64,000 nucleotides of DNA from Acanthaster planci (lineage: Eukaryota), in the NCBI RefSeq assembly GCF_001949145.1, contig NW_019091361.1:3954148-4018147 (forward strand), read 5' to 3'. The translations under genes were made by a program, and so were the position numbers. Shown piece by piece: positions 25,601 through 38,000 of the stretch (its first letter is position 1; every line of letters starts with the position of its first letter). The notes under the pieces are model-generated. The model was not told the DNA's origin. It saw nothing but the letters and a program-made list of their open reading frames with translations, and made no database searches.

Positions 25601-27985
25601 GGATGAAATGTGAAGCTTTTTGTGGTAAAGGTAGCAAGTGAAGTAATAGGTTTACGGTAGCACCAGGCAAGGAGACAATGGACAGAGCATACTGTCCGAA
25701 ACGTTGAGTACCTCCGGTTCTCTTCAGAACCACACATACAACTGTATTCCTAAAAGAGATATCCTTGCATGGTGCTATCGCAAACCTAATACATGTACAT
25801 GAACTTACATTCTGTGATATACGAATTCATAGTAATATTACACTTCAGTAAAATGGTGTAGCATCATGTTGCCACTTTTTTCATCACTGACTATGGCCAG
25901 TCACTGTACACTTAATAAAATAACATCTGAATGGGACAGAGAATCTTTGCAACCATTGCTTGAAAAATTTATCGACTCTCTACCGCCACAAAGTTTTTTG
26001 ATGTTCACAAGGCATCATGGGATTGGATGACAAAACAAGCAATGCATTTAGCACACAATCCTATAAAAGAAGTGTATGCAAACATTAATGTTTCCATTTT
26101 AATCACAGACTCAAAATCAAGCCATCCTCTTTTCACATTGTGTTGTGTTGTAGATTTCGCATAAAGTTATACATGTACAAGTTAAAATTTTAAAGCTTAC
26201 AGAGAAAGACAGATGGGGGGAAATCCGTTCCACAAACACAAATTTTGGTCTTGGACTAAGATCATGAATGAGCTAGTACTGGCCAATCAGCATCTTAAAG
26301 CCATTTGACTTGAAGCCATTCATCCCATATTGACCAATCACGTCCACTTTCAGCCTTTAGTGACTGGTGTCCACTTACAGAGACATTTAGAGCAATTTTT
26401 TCTTCTTATAAACTTTTGACAATTTATTTCCTATTTCAAAACTGTTTCTTGTATAATATGCATTCATCTCGGACTTGATAAGCGGGTACGTGTGCTTAAG
26501 AAATGTTACAAAGAAATGTATAAATTGATTTTTGATTTGTTAACCCCCCCCCAAATACATGTACATGTAGGTACACGCATAAACAACATGCATGGTTATG
26601 CATGCATGGTATTTGTCATCCAATCCCATGATGCAATGAGAATGTCAAAACTGTTTATTGGGTGTCAAGAGTGTCTTTTGTCAACATTGGTCATCACCCG
26701 GTCAGAGATTTCATATACAGTACAGGATCGACCAAAGGCGCAGAGCAATGGCTCTGGTATGGTACATGTACATATTGGCTATGGTACATATTGGCCCAAA
26801 ACACCATTTTGGGCACTTTTGGGATTCTCAGTAACAGTTTTGTAAAAGCCAGGCTTTTGCTGGGGCATTAGTGAGACCAGAGCAAGGAATGGCGAGACTG
26901 ACCAACGTCAGAAATTATAACAAAGAGCACAGCGCCTCAGTTACTGGGTCTGTGCTAGGCAAATGTCGATGCTGGGCATGACTGGTTAATTTGCATGATC
27001 AGTCAATCGCTTTGCGCAATCGGTTGATTCTGAAGGAAATCTCAGACTCTCACTCAGTGTAGGCCCGGACACAAATAAGAAAGAAATAGTTACGGTATCA
27101 GCTGACTGACAGATCATTAAACAAGACCGGCTGATGCTTGTGCAGCAATTGCTCAGACTGAGTATTGGGCACAATCAGTCAATCTCCACGTCGATCATTT
27201 GATCTATGCAGACTATGCCTGATTGGTCAACTTTGTGGCACAGTCTGTCCATGGAGGTAGATGGCCGATCATGTTTATTTTCAAGGTTTTGATTCACCTG
27301 TTCATGGTTGCCATAGACAATGACAGACGAGATTGGATGATAGAAATCCATTTTGAAACAGGATAGATTTCCTAAGGTGCATGACCATATCGTCGCCAGG
27401 TCCCTAATTTTGCCACCTATTCAAGTCTGATTGGTTTTCACAGTAGGCCTAGGCATGCTAAGCCTAAGTAGTGAAAAAAGGGGTCTGGAGATTATAGGAT
27501 ACAGTCATGCATGTTACAGGTTCAACCAACAGAACAGATCAATTGATCACATCCAACAATGACTTTTGGCCATCTAACAAATAGCTTAACATCACAACAA
27601 ATCATTATGACCTGGTGACTGTTTTTGTGTTTGTAGGCTAGGCCTAGGCACTGTCCCGGCATTTCTGATTGCTGATGATGACACCGCACCACAATTTCTG
27701 TTACTTTTTCTCACACTAAAGCGGGAAGAAACACACAGATGACTGCGCACAACCATCATAGTCTGTCTGCTTAACTTCTTCCTGGTCCCAGAGCCAAGGG
27801 ACTCGTCGCTGAGTGATACTCACTGTGAAATTACAATGTACGACAAATTCCTCCTTGTTACAGCCGATGAACTTGCACGTCAACTCGTCCATGGTGGCAG
27901 CATGGATCTGAAATCTCTCATTATCCTTACCAAACAGTGATTCTGAGAGTTTGAGTTCTTGCTTAAGAGACGCCACACAGGCCAT
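16659..27985 (-). CDS. UBE2Q: Ubiquitin-conjugating enzyme E2 Q; join(27824..27985,25456..25560,23764..23865,22844..23010,22027..22123,21358..21503,20056..20146,18846..19049,17841..17910,16659..16690), about 391 aa
   Basis: N-terminal RWD-like region (LKQELK...SYP...PVWF), acidic linker, [27 protein letters not shown], catalytic [10 protein letters not shown] and C-terminal [16 protein letters not shown]. All phases match; the total of 1176 nt is divisible by 3. Confidence 0.96.
17253..17341. mobile_element. About 90-bp palindromic mini-MITE, copy 1
   Basis: ATAGTCACAAGGTCCCTTATTTCGCCAC is an imperfect inverted repeat of GTGGCGAAAATGAGGGACCTGGCAACTAT; paralog at 27388-27496. Confidence 0.8.
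17841..17910 (-). CDS. UBE2Q: UBE2Q exon 9 (NAGNAG acceptor, start 17910 or 17907)
   Basis: ctcccag|cag|[23 protein letters not shown]|gtgagt. Confidence 0.93.
18489..18624. mobile_element. Small inverted-repeat element (MITE-like)
   Basis: ACTTGGCTGTGGCTGGAATCAGCA pairs with TGTTGATCCCAGCCACAGCCCAAGT; ends GGCCGTGTC / GACATGGCT. Confidence 0.6.
18846..19049 (-). CDS. UBE2Q: UBE2Q exon 8 (catalytic Cys)
   Basis: ccaccag|[12 protein letters not shown]...[18 protein letters not shown]...RIQFGASK|gttaga. Confidence 0.96.
20056..20146 (-). CDS. UBE2Q: UBE2Q exon 7
   Basis: attgcag|[31 protein letters not shown]|gtgagc. Confidence 0.95.
20873..21017 (+). mobile_element. Truncated copy (right end) of the CAAGT-rich hAT-like MITE
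   Basis: Matches about 8900-9065, including AAAAATAGC(A/G)ACTCGAGTCCAA and the terminal CAACTCTG. Confidence 0.85.
21358..21503 (-). CDS. UBE2Q: UBE2Q exon 6
   Basis: ccctcag|[23 protein letters not shown]...[13 protein letters not shown]|gtaagt. Confidence 0.96.
22027..22123 (-). CDS. UBE2Q: UBE2Q exon 5
   Basis: ccaacag|...[24 protein letters not shown]|gtaaga; phase 2 to 0. Confidence 0.93.
22844..23010 (-). CDS. UBE2Q: UBE2Q exon 4 (acidic linker)
   Basis: aatgcag|[14 protein letters not shown]...[10 protein letters not shown]...[10 protein letters not shown]|gtatgg; the acceptor is weak, so the 5' boundary is less certain. Confidence 0.82.
23114..23170. mobile_element. About 57-bp piggyBac-like mini-element
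   Basis: TTAA|CCCT...AGGG|TT; core AATCCTTCACCTGTTGGA shared with the reverse complement of 58305-58362. Confidence 0.55.
23764..23865 (-). CDS. UBE2Q: UBE2Q exon 3 (alternative in-frame donor would end it at 23746)
   Basis: gttgcag|[34 protein letters not shown]|gtaaag. Confidence 0.82.
25456..25560 (-). CDS. UBE2Q: UBE2Q exon 2
   Basis: tgtacag|[35 protein letters not shown]|gtaagt. Confidence 0.92.
25643..25792 (+). mobile_element. Interspersed repeat with about 33-bp inverted ends and a decayed hammerhead-like core
   Basis: GTAATAGGTTTACGGTAGCACCAGGCAAGGA pairs with TCCTTGCATGGTGCTATCGCAAACCTAATAC; internal GGACAG-AGCATA-CTGTCC-GAAACGTT-GAG; relatives at 38130-38220 and 44175-44260. 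Confidence 0.7.
27388..27496. mobile_element. About 90-bp palindromic mini-MITE, copy 2, with a 21-bp insertion
   Basis: Aligns end to end with 17253-17341 apart from point changes, small indels and GGCCTAGGCATGCTAAGCCTA at 27446-27466. Confidence 0.75.
27824..27985 (-). CDS. UBE2Q: UBE2Q exon 1
   Basis: ATG at 27985; [12 protein letters not shown]...VHCNFT; ACA|gtgagt. Confidence 0.93.
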
Positions 27986-28059
27986 ATTTACATCTTTTTC
28001 CGTCTGCCTATGTGTGATTTTGGCCTAATTCTCTCACTAAATCTGTACCCGAAACAAAA

Positions 28060-28125
28060 GTTCACTGAAAATGGCGTTTTGTTATTTTCTACGCAAGCTC
28101 AGTGAGAGTGCGCCCTCTACAGTGC
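28060..28125 (-). promoter_or_regulatory. UBE2Q proximal promoter with YY1-like and CTCF-core-like motifs
   Basis: AAAATGGCG at 28068-28076 and GCGCCCTCT at 28110-28118, 80-130 bp upstream of the ATG. Confidence 0.5.
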
Positions 28126-29721
28126 GTACGGTGTATACTTTGTTGTGTTTCTGTACTGTTTTGTCCAGTAGAAAAGTTTGTCAGACTTATAATTAGGCCT
28201 ACTCGTCCAGCCTGATCTGTGACCCTTACCCGTCAAACAAATGTCCTCAAGCCTGTTCGTTTTTGCCCATGTGTATTCCAGTTGCAGGGCAAATAATGTG
28301 CAATCGTTTTATTCACTTTGGGGTGTCATGGGTGGAGAGCAACGTACAATGTAGACGCCGGACCGGCCGTACCTCAGGTCACAAGCTCTTAAGCAGGAAA
28401 ATTGAAGGGACCAGTAATTAATCCCTCAAACTCAAACTGTCTTCAAAAGTGTGTCTTAGAGTACAGTCACTGACCCGTTTCAACGCGTTTCCCGATGCCC
28501 CTTATGAAAACAGTTTCCCGGTCCGTCCAAAACACTCCGGGGAATTTCTAGTGTACGGCCCATTTCGTGCCAGTGATTAGAGGGCGATTCAATGTCCACC
28601 AGGCAAACATGTCCTTTTTCGCTTGTATTATATTTGTAATTTTTTTTTAATTCTTAACGGGTTTTTAAAAATAGAACTGTGGGCTACTTGCGGTTAAAAT
28701 GAGTAGGCTTGACACTTGGGATTTCCTCCTAAAGTAAATCCATTATTTCGAGTCTGGGGGAAGTTTTTTTTTTCCAGAATGATTTTTTTTTTATAAAGAA
28801 CCCTCCCCTGCAACAAAGGTGACCTCCAATTAGCAATTTCTAACGTGTTGACGATCTCAATTTCTACGTTAAAAAAATAATAATTAAAATATACACACCA
28901 CATAAAGAAGGCGTTTTTCATCAACAACCTGCCTTTTGCGGCTGTTTAATGAAACTTGTCAGTGAAAATCTGTTCAGACAAGAAATGCTGGGCTCTCACG
29001 AATGGAATGTGCAGTGCTCGCCGAGAATAATTAAGGCCACTCATTCGCCGAGCGGCTGTTTGTGCAATGCCCCTGCATTGCAAATAACTGATCAATTGCA
29101 AGCAAGGAAAATTATTTCAAGCCAGGACAAATGAAAACAAAGCTGTAATTCTCTTTACACCATTACCTTGCGCAGTGACAATCAGAAAACACCTCATGTT
29201 TTTATTAACCATCTCCCCCGCTCAGCTTGCCCAATCCGAAATAAAACCTCCCTAGTGCAGCTGTTCAACCGTCCTTTCGTCTTTTCAGAATCTTTGGCTG
29301 GGGTAATAAAAATTACGGGGCAAGAAAAGTTTTTTTTTCAGTATCCAATGGAACGGATCTTTGTAATAAGGAAAGGCTGGCCCACTAGCCAGCCACAGGC
29401 AAAATGTAACAAGCACAAATTATTCTTTAGTCAAACCCCGGCCAATAGCCTTCAGGACCCAATTTAGTACTCCAAAAGGTTTGATTCAGTCTAGTAGCCT
29501 GCCTATATCCTCTTTCCAAACCATCCCTGGATATCCGTTATTTTGTCCCCTTGGCTACTCCGCACATTACCATCTTTGGTAATATAAAATAGAAAAACTC
29601 TGGATGGTGTGTGAAAAATCATACTAAAATCAGACGATTTAAGCCTGTTGAAGACAACTGACATGAAACAAGCAACGAGGACACATTAGAGCAGTCCACT
29701 ATCCGTGTGATACAAAGGTGG

Positions 29722-29727
29722 TTTATT
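29722..29727 (-). terminator. Candidate polyadenylation signal of INTS14 (3' UTR of about 2.1 kb)
   Basis: AATAAA on the minus strand followed by GT-rich downstream sequence (tgtgtcctcgttgcttgtttcatgtcagttgtc). Confidence 0.45.
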
Positions 29728-31807
29728 ACAAATAATGTAATCTTCTTTTGGGGAACCCATGTGGACCGAAGTAAAACTACGTGCTGATATGAATTAAAGG
29801 ATGTTCTTCAGACAAAACTCCAGATACGCTGTCTTCGCTTTTCCTAATGAGTCTACACATTTGACAATTGATTGGGAAGTGCAAGTTTGTCTAAGATGTA
29901 GTCCAAACATCGCCAGGCCTCATTTTGTAAAAGGTGGTATTCTGACTTTTAAACATGTAGCGTCAATCTACCTTGATCGTTATCGACAGGAAAAACAGTC
30001 TTTGACACGTCAAAGCGACACGCGAAATGCCAAAGGATTCCTCTCCCAATCCATGCAGAGCCTTCAGTTTTTGATAATCATTCCCCTCCCCCATGCTACC
30101 TGAATCGGGTCATGAACTTCAATTAGAACATACGCACTACAAAACGAGCAACTGCTCAACAGTGAGAAGAGGGGCACTAGGAAAGCTGAAGACACCATCC
30201 CTGGCACACACAGCACAAGTTTTATAAAGGGGTGAACCGTGTGCGTGAAGTGGCAAAAAACAGCCAGTTTCCTAGGCATGGAATAATTATTTTGTATTTT
30301 GTCAATTTGCCAGGGACTAAGAGGCCGCAAGGCCGGATAAGGAAGGAATGTGTAATAATGATGTTGAGCGGAAGGCTATTGTATTTAAGCAGCGCATCAT
30401 CCTGTTATGTTTAAAGGTACAGCCTGTCATATACATGGTATGTATATATATGGTTGTGCCATATGTTCCTTTGAGGCAAGACAATTTCTGAAAATCTAAC
30501 GAAGGGTGCCTAAAAATAAACCCGATGAATTTCAGCTCAATGAAGACTGTGTACTCTTTGAGAAAAACCATATTCTAGGATTTCAACTGCAGATCAAAAG
30601 ATTCCGAGTCAAGTTTTGAACTGCATCTGAAATTCTGAAATCAGTCATCTGGGACACATTCTTACGTTCACTTGCACGCAGCTGTACAATGTCAGCACAG
30701 AACAAACAAATTATAGTCGGGCACGGGTGTGTCCGGTCAACGCTGGCACACTTCTATTGGCAAATTTCCAACATGCGCCTTTAGACCTATCATTAGAAAT
30801 TGCCTTTCATTGTTTTCTTCAAAATGACAGCTTGCCAGAAAGACTAATTTCACACGACTTTAGTCCCATAACCATCATTAACCAAGAAAGCTTTTCAGCA
30901 ACAATTGCATCAGTTACTTTTTGGATAGCCGCAAATGACAGACTATCCGTCCCAAGCTGAAGTGCACCCCCAATCGGCAAAAAGAAAGACAGGTGGTTAA
31001 AAGCGGGTTCTCGCACACGTTCTGCTTGTGTGCAAAGACCATACATGCTGGAAGAAATTAGTTACGCCTACTCGGCGAGCTCTGTGTCAAATGCGCATAT
31101 GGCGCGCCTATGCGGTATGTATAAACACGCCCTCTTTTGTTCCGCTTGGTGCAGATACCTTCCATTATATGGAATCTATGAAATAGTGCTTTGATTCCTC
31201 TCATAAACCTCAGCAACTCACCAGAAGCCACTCCAGCCTTGGTCACCAAGACTCTGTCATCCTCAACAGTAAAAGAGTCAGAGACAGTGAGGCCACCATC
31301 CCCTATTTACATGGATATTAAACATAACAACTGGACAGCATGCGTGTCTCAATTTTCCCAATCTGCCAGGAGCAGAAGCATCTCTCTCATCAGTTGGAAA
31401 GAGGCTTGCATTCATAGTCGTTCATGAACCAGCCAAGTGCAGTTTCCAAAGAAGGCGCCTCCACTGATAGGAAAATTATGCCCCCTCTTGGGTCCAAAAA
31501 GGGTAGATACTTTGTCTGGAGCTGGTAGGATCTCATAGGCTACAATTTTGTAGCCAACTGTTAATAAATGACAGTCAACTAGGATGGTGTCTTGGATGGA
31601 TACAAAAATACACACTGAACAGCATGGTGAACTTATAAGGGTGTCCTTGATTCTTCTAAACTAAGACAACACCTTGCCAGGAGCCACTAGGACCGGGTTG
31701 GACTAGTCTTGGTCAGAATTTATTCTGGCGTGTCACAGTTTAGGCATTTGGCGGCACTCTGCTGTCTTCCATTTTCTCTTCAGACTCAGTCTTTACGGCT
31801 AACTAGT

Positions 31808-32032
31808 TCAGCTGTCCGAGGCAAAGTTGGTGGACAGAGGGATGATGCTGTAGTCGTAGCCCTTGTCCATGGCGCTGGTGATCATTTTGGCGGCGTGGGT
31901 CAGCTGCATGGCCGCATCGGGGTGGGCAGTCCAGGGCAGGATGGTACACTCCCTCTCCAGCATCATGGACATGCCAGACAGCAGCTCTGTCATTCCCAGG
32001 GCTAGGGCCGCACGCCGCAGTCGGTTCAACTC
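31808..32032 (-). CDS. INTS14: INTS14 last coding exon
   Basis: ctgacag|ELNRLRRAALALG...IIPLSTNFASDS*. Confidence 0.95.
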   Translation of the reverse strand, partial: ELNRLRRAALALGMTELLSGMSMMLERECTILPWTAHPDAAMQLTHAAKMITSAMDKGYDYSIIPLSTNFASDS

Positions 32033-35000
32033 CTGTCAGATGAGATCGAGGCCAGCTTACTTGTGAGATACAATCAGAAAACAGGGTCCAGGGGACTGCT
32101 ATATGGAATGGAGGGGGGGGGTTTGCTGGCATCCTTTGCACGTATCGATTCTTGCTCCCACGCCTAAGCCTGACCTTCCTAATGTCCCATGTCAGCATCT
32201 GATCACTTTTCTGAATCACGAGAGCTGGAATTCCTTTAAAGATCCTACGAGCTGTCAAGGGTAACAGCCTTATTCAGATGTGTGTCTGGGTGTCTTTCTG
32301 ACACATTTTAGGTAGTTTGGGACACCTTGTTTTGATACAGAAATGCATGTAAAAGTGTTGATCCAAAGCACCTTGGATGCCTTCTCCTTCACGTTCAGCC
32401 AAATATTGACACCCCGGTTTGGAAAGCTGGTCAAAAACTGTTATGGAATATTGTCAGTATTATTCTAGGACAATTTATTTTTTATCTCCTGAGGAAAAGA
32501 ATTGAGCCTTTTTTGCATGTACACTGAAAATTTGTTCAAGAATCACAATTGCCGAGTATCAGGACGACTATCCTGAACAGTAAGAGTGGGGAATTGCCGC
32601 TCCATGTGTGCCCCACCGGAGGGGATATGGCGAATCATAAGGCAACGATCCCCAGGTCTGATGTTGGGTGGCTGGGACTGGGACAGATAGGCGCAACAAC
32701 TTACAAGTAAGCCAGACTATAATATGCTGGATATATCTGTGTAATGTTGCAGAACGGTATGCGCTCTCAACCCGACCACTCACGTACAAACACAGCATTG
32801 GAGAAATGCCAAATGACGGCAGAAATTACCTTGTAGAAAACTTGCGTCTTTTCAGGCAACTTTCTCGCATAACGCAGAATCTTTTGAATGTCAGCCTAGA
32901 TGTGAAGGAAGGCCAAAAAAAACAAAACATCAAATCAACAACATATTGATCGTGTATTATTCATAAACTATGAATGTCAGCATCAAAAACAACAAGTGAG
33001 GAGAAATACTCAAGAGCCTATAATTCTTGTGAAGACTTGGTTTATGACTCTGTTGGGTACAAGCCTCACTACGTTATGAGGACAACTTACTTGCAGTGAA
33101 GTAGGTTTGATCCACACAACAGGATTCTGGGAGTAACTCCTTTTCTCTTGCAGGCGAACTGGGAAGGGACTCTTGGTGCTGGCGGAATCTTCTCCATAAG
33201 GATCGTTGGCAAATGCTGCTTATGGCAAAAAAGTGAACTAGTTTTATTTTAGAGAAAGAAAACACACGAACCCTTCAGTGTGTGTCATACCAATGGCCTA
33301 CCAAAGATTCCCCAACCAACCATATGTTAAAATAAGTGATGGTGTCTTGATACAAGTTCTGAGCTCCTTCAAAATCCACTCGGAGGTATTGAGGAAAGCA
33401 GAATCCTTCCATGATATATAATTCTACATTGGGGGGGCCTAGATTCCCTCTGAAAGCTTAGAACTTGTGTACAAAGAATGTGCCACTCTTTTCAGGAACT
33501 TTGAACGATTGAGGAGAATGCTTACGGAATTAAAATTGAAGGAAATCTTCAGATTCAACAATACTACATCAATGTGTAGAAATAAAAAAGGCAGAGTGTA
33601 AAGATGCACTTATTTGACACATGAACTCATGTCNNNNNNNNNNNNNNNNNNNNNNNNNNNNNNNNNNNNNNNNNNNNNNNNNNNNNNNNNNNNNNNNNNN
33701 NNNNNNNNNNNNNNNNNNNNNNNNNNNNNNNNNNNNNNNNNNNNNNNNNNNNNNNNNNNNNNNNNNNNNNNNNNNNNNNNNNNNNNNNNNNNNNNNNNNN
33801 NNNNNNNTTAGGGTTAACCTAGGATTCAAGCTTGTCCATACCCAAAACAAAGAATTCCTCACATATCTGACTAGAAATAGTAAACGTCTCAATGATCTGA
33901 CAAGATCTATGAAACGAACGTATAGAGAGAGATCTAGATAGGTGTCAGTTCAACCAGAACGGGGGGGGGCTTGTCTTCAAATTAATTACATCTTTGTAAA
34001 TTACCTGAGCACGGTCCCAGCAGATGGAACCTGCCAAGCCATGGGATGGCCTTGTCACCTGGTTCGAACAGTGACATCATCAGGTTGGATTTCTTCTTGC
34101 TGTCGGCGCAAGAGTGAAGCAGCCCGTACCAATTTTCACTGCCGATGAAAGAGAAGCAACTATTGGAGTTTGGGTCCGTGAGTGCAAGGTGCGCTTCTCA
34201 AGAAACTTAACCTTCAGGACTGATATTTTTGTGGATATTTTCTGTAATCTGGACTTTCGAGCACTGCCAATACTACTGATTTTGAGTTTTCACTTCTCAG
34301 CTGATAATATGGTGAATTCTGCAACAAGTATTTCACTAATCATTCAGGTCATACACCAGTGTTGTAGTTGAGACCTGTTCAGACCATCACAAGACCCATC
34401 TGACATGTCTGAAGTCCAGTCGCAAGCTATTCAAATGAAATGCAACAAAAGCATTCCTCTGTCACTGTTCACCCTGTTCCTCGTGACGGGTCTTATGAAT
34501 GGCCTTTGTGTTTGATTTTGCAAAAGGTCTTGCGATGGTCTCTACAACATTCGCATCTTCAGGGAAAGCAGATCAAGATTGTTCATATAGTGACCACAAA
34601 ACGTGACGTTTCCAACGTTACTGGTTAACAAATGAAACTGTAATAATGACATACTAACTGTTGGAGTGTCGTTACTCATTCAAATTAACAACACTGCTTT
34701 GATATTATATTCTTGTCAACAAAGTATTAGTACCTGACTCATAGTAGCAGGGCTGTGCCAAATATCCGACTATCTGATTATTTAATCGATTGTCGAATAT
34801 TCAAATACTATTCTCAGAATTCGAATATCAGAATGCAAAATTAATAATGTTTTAAATGAGGAAAATCGCACAGTGGAGGCTTGCCTCAAGCAGATTGAAA
34901 TGAAAAGTAACAGAATAATGCAACCTACAATTCAAAACGTAAATTCATTAAAGAATTTAAAAGGAATAGAAACTTTCAAGCGGGCAAGAAGTAGTGTTCT

Positions 35001-38000
35001 TCTCCTCAATCTTGCTTAATTGTGGCTGGAGATAGTCCTAGAAGTGAGAAGCTGTTACATGTATAGTGATTATGATGTACAATTGAGTGCATTTTTTTAA
35101 CTGATTTTGTAAATGGTTTGGTGGTGCGACCAAATATTTGGATATTCGATCGAGTTGAAGGTCGAATTTTCGAATAGTGAATTATTCAAATTGGCTTAGC
35201 ACTACATAGTAGAAGGTAATGCATATGCATGGTTTCAAACTTATTATTTACACACCCAACATTAACAAGCGCTACCAGGTTCTCAATTTTCAAGCTGCCA
35301 TGTAGGAGCACACAAAAGGAAGGGGTGGAGCCTATTTCAGAAGACGTGGGGCCGCTGTCCTTGTCGTCTGTCTTGTCCGCACCTTCTGCTCCGCCTTCTC
35401 CCGAGCCGGCGTGACTCTTTTCTGGAAGAGCAAGGATTAACCGACACAAGTGGCAGAGTATCCAATGAAATTCCTTCATGAGCAGGTGATGATACGGACA
35501 AGCCTACATGCACGTGGTTCGGAAGAATCCTGCACGTGGACCAGGGAATGTATTTCAGCATGGGTAACATCCACAAAAAGCAAGGGCAAACTCCGATTGG
35601 TAACCGTCAGTCAACCAAACGGCCATGTTGTCTGGTTCCAATGCTGTAAGTCTATGTCTACTCTATATATGTAAAATTGTGTGAATGGTTAACTCGGAAT
35701 TGTCCAGATTTTCTAAAAAAATGACTGTTTGAAAAATCCTGAAATCAGAAAAATCCCAATGAAAAAAATCCTAACAAAGCTCAGCCCTGCTTTGAGTCAT
35801 TTTTACCACTGAGGTCATACATGTGCACAGATTCCACACTTTGGATACCATTATGGCACAAGGAACTTTTCTAAGGTCAGAAATGAATGCACCAGGATCA
35901 GGCTTCATTGGAAAGATCTGTCAGGTGACTTAGGTCGAGCCAAACTCATGTGATTGAAGAGGAGCAGATTGCAAGGCAGACCAGCTTGTCTGTCATATGC
36001 TTGTAGGCATATGACATTACTCCTCACCAAATTTCACAAAACGCTTAGCACTCAGCAAGTACAGAGTTTACAAGTCATCTGTAAACACAACCACAACAAA
36101 TTGGGCCACGTCCAATTTATTTGACTTTGGCTTGAAATTATACACGAGTCTGTGACAACACCTGCAGCTGCTACTCATAGAGCCATGTGTAATATCTAGC
36201 TAAAGATAAGTCCTTCAAACATGACCTCAGAGAGCCAATATAAAAAAAAATGGATGCTGAAGGAGTGATTTGTGGTCAGATCCATTTTTGCTTGCCTTTC
36301 GTGGCCAGCGGGAGAACGAGATGCCTGGACATTACGGGCGGGCTCGACACATCGGCACAGTCTAAGAAACCGCAGATGTTGAGCTCCGACGACACTGTCT
36401 GGGTCACCATCTCGAAGTCGCGTGCCATGCTGACCGTCCGCGGCGGGGGGAAAAGCTGCACCTCCGAGCTCAGGTGGCCACACTGGAGCCTGGCGCGGAA
36501 TGCAGAGTAGTGCTCTTCGGCTAGCCTGCTGAACATCAGCTGGGCCGACTTCGGGGTCAGGGCACCCTCCACCACGTGGATCTTGCCCTTCTGCCGATTA
36601 GCGTCCAGGAGTTTCTGATACAGGGCCCGGGAGTCCCACTGCTGGAGCTCAGCGGGGCTGGCCAGCAGCACCACTTCCAAGCTGTTGGGGAACTCGAAAG
36701 GCAAATGGAAGGGTGGGTCATCCGGTTTGGGGTTGGACAGCATCTGGGCGACTTGCTTCAGGGATCCTGGGCCCACGCCTGGACTGCCATCTGTAACCAA
36801 TATCACCTGCCCCCCCCAAAAAAATAAGGCTGCATCAGCGATAGACAGTACTTTCCTTTCTTCACAATGCTATCTTGAGCAATTCTGAGCTGCAATGGAA
36901 GATACATCCACTCACTTTTTCACAAATAATTCTGGCTTGAAAAACTCTTCGCAATCCTACATCCGTGATTAAACATTTTTGAGGTGTTACACAAAAATAG
37001 CCCAGTGTTCATAAAAGTACCAATGACTTAAACTATTGAGCAAATGCATTGAAAGAGGAGATCCATGTTCTAAAGTTTTAATACCGAGTTTAGGTTAAGC
37101 AAAGCAAACTGAACCGTGACTCTACCACACAAGCTCTCTGGCTGAGGGTGAGCTAAGGGGTTTGTGGGCCAAAGGCTCACCAAAAGCCTTTTCAATTTTC
37201 GCTTTCTATTTTTTGCCCTTCTTTTCCTCTCACATCATTCATCAAGTGGAGTGAAAAGGCAACTTTTGTGCCATTCCAGAATAAAAAAAAAAAGAAATGC
37301 ACCTTCATGTACGTGTACCACCTTCCACAGTAATCTCTCCATTGCTGACTTGAACCAGGCAAAGGAAATGTAATTTAAGAAGATCAGAAAAGTTTACGCA
37401 CTAGGGGGAAGGGGGAGGGAAGTCCCTGGGTAAGTTGCTGTGTTTACCTGACAGGTTGTGGTCACCCCCCATTCCTCCCCCACAACACTTCTGACGCCAT
37501 CCAGTGTCCCTTCCAGGTTGGTTTTGTCAAATATCTCCACAGAATACAATGCTTTCTGAGAACACGAAAACAACAAGAAAAAAACAAGCCATTTGGGAAT
37601 GAACAGAGAAGCTTTCTTCCAAAAATTACTGCAGGCACTGTTATAGACTAATCAGATTAGATGCTTGACGTGGGCGTGTATTTGGCAAAATCATGACATC
37701 CTATTGGTCGAAGAGGCATGAAATGCACGCGGATCACCTGTCTACGAGTGTTGCGCCACTGCAGTAATGGTCTCTAATTGTGGATGTCAAAATTACCCTA
37801 AAGCCTGATAAAAATGACACTGAAGTTCACAAAACATCTACAGTATGGCAAACATAAAGGGCTGAACAATCCAGATATATGTACATAAATGTATCAATCT
37901 CCTCTGGGCCAAGTAAGAGTACCCTATCACTGGTAAAACAAGAGATAGGCTGAATTTAGTTATGGCTTTTGCCCTTACTTGACGCATATACATGTATATA

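Noticed and set aside
25680..25710. Active hammerhead ribozyme
   Set aside because: The catalytic CUGANGA core is missing in all three copies; reported only as a relic.
33808..33819. Telomeric repeat at the gap edge (TTAGGGTTAACC)
   Set aside because: Only one TTAGGG is visible; it could equally be an AGGG|TTAA transposon end, and the gap hides the rest.
36276..36295. INTS14 as a pseudogene truncated at the stop after exon 3
   Set aside because: A GC donor before the stop restores the frame and all downstream exons are intact.
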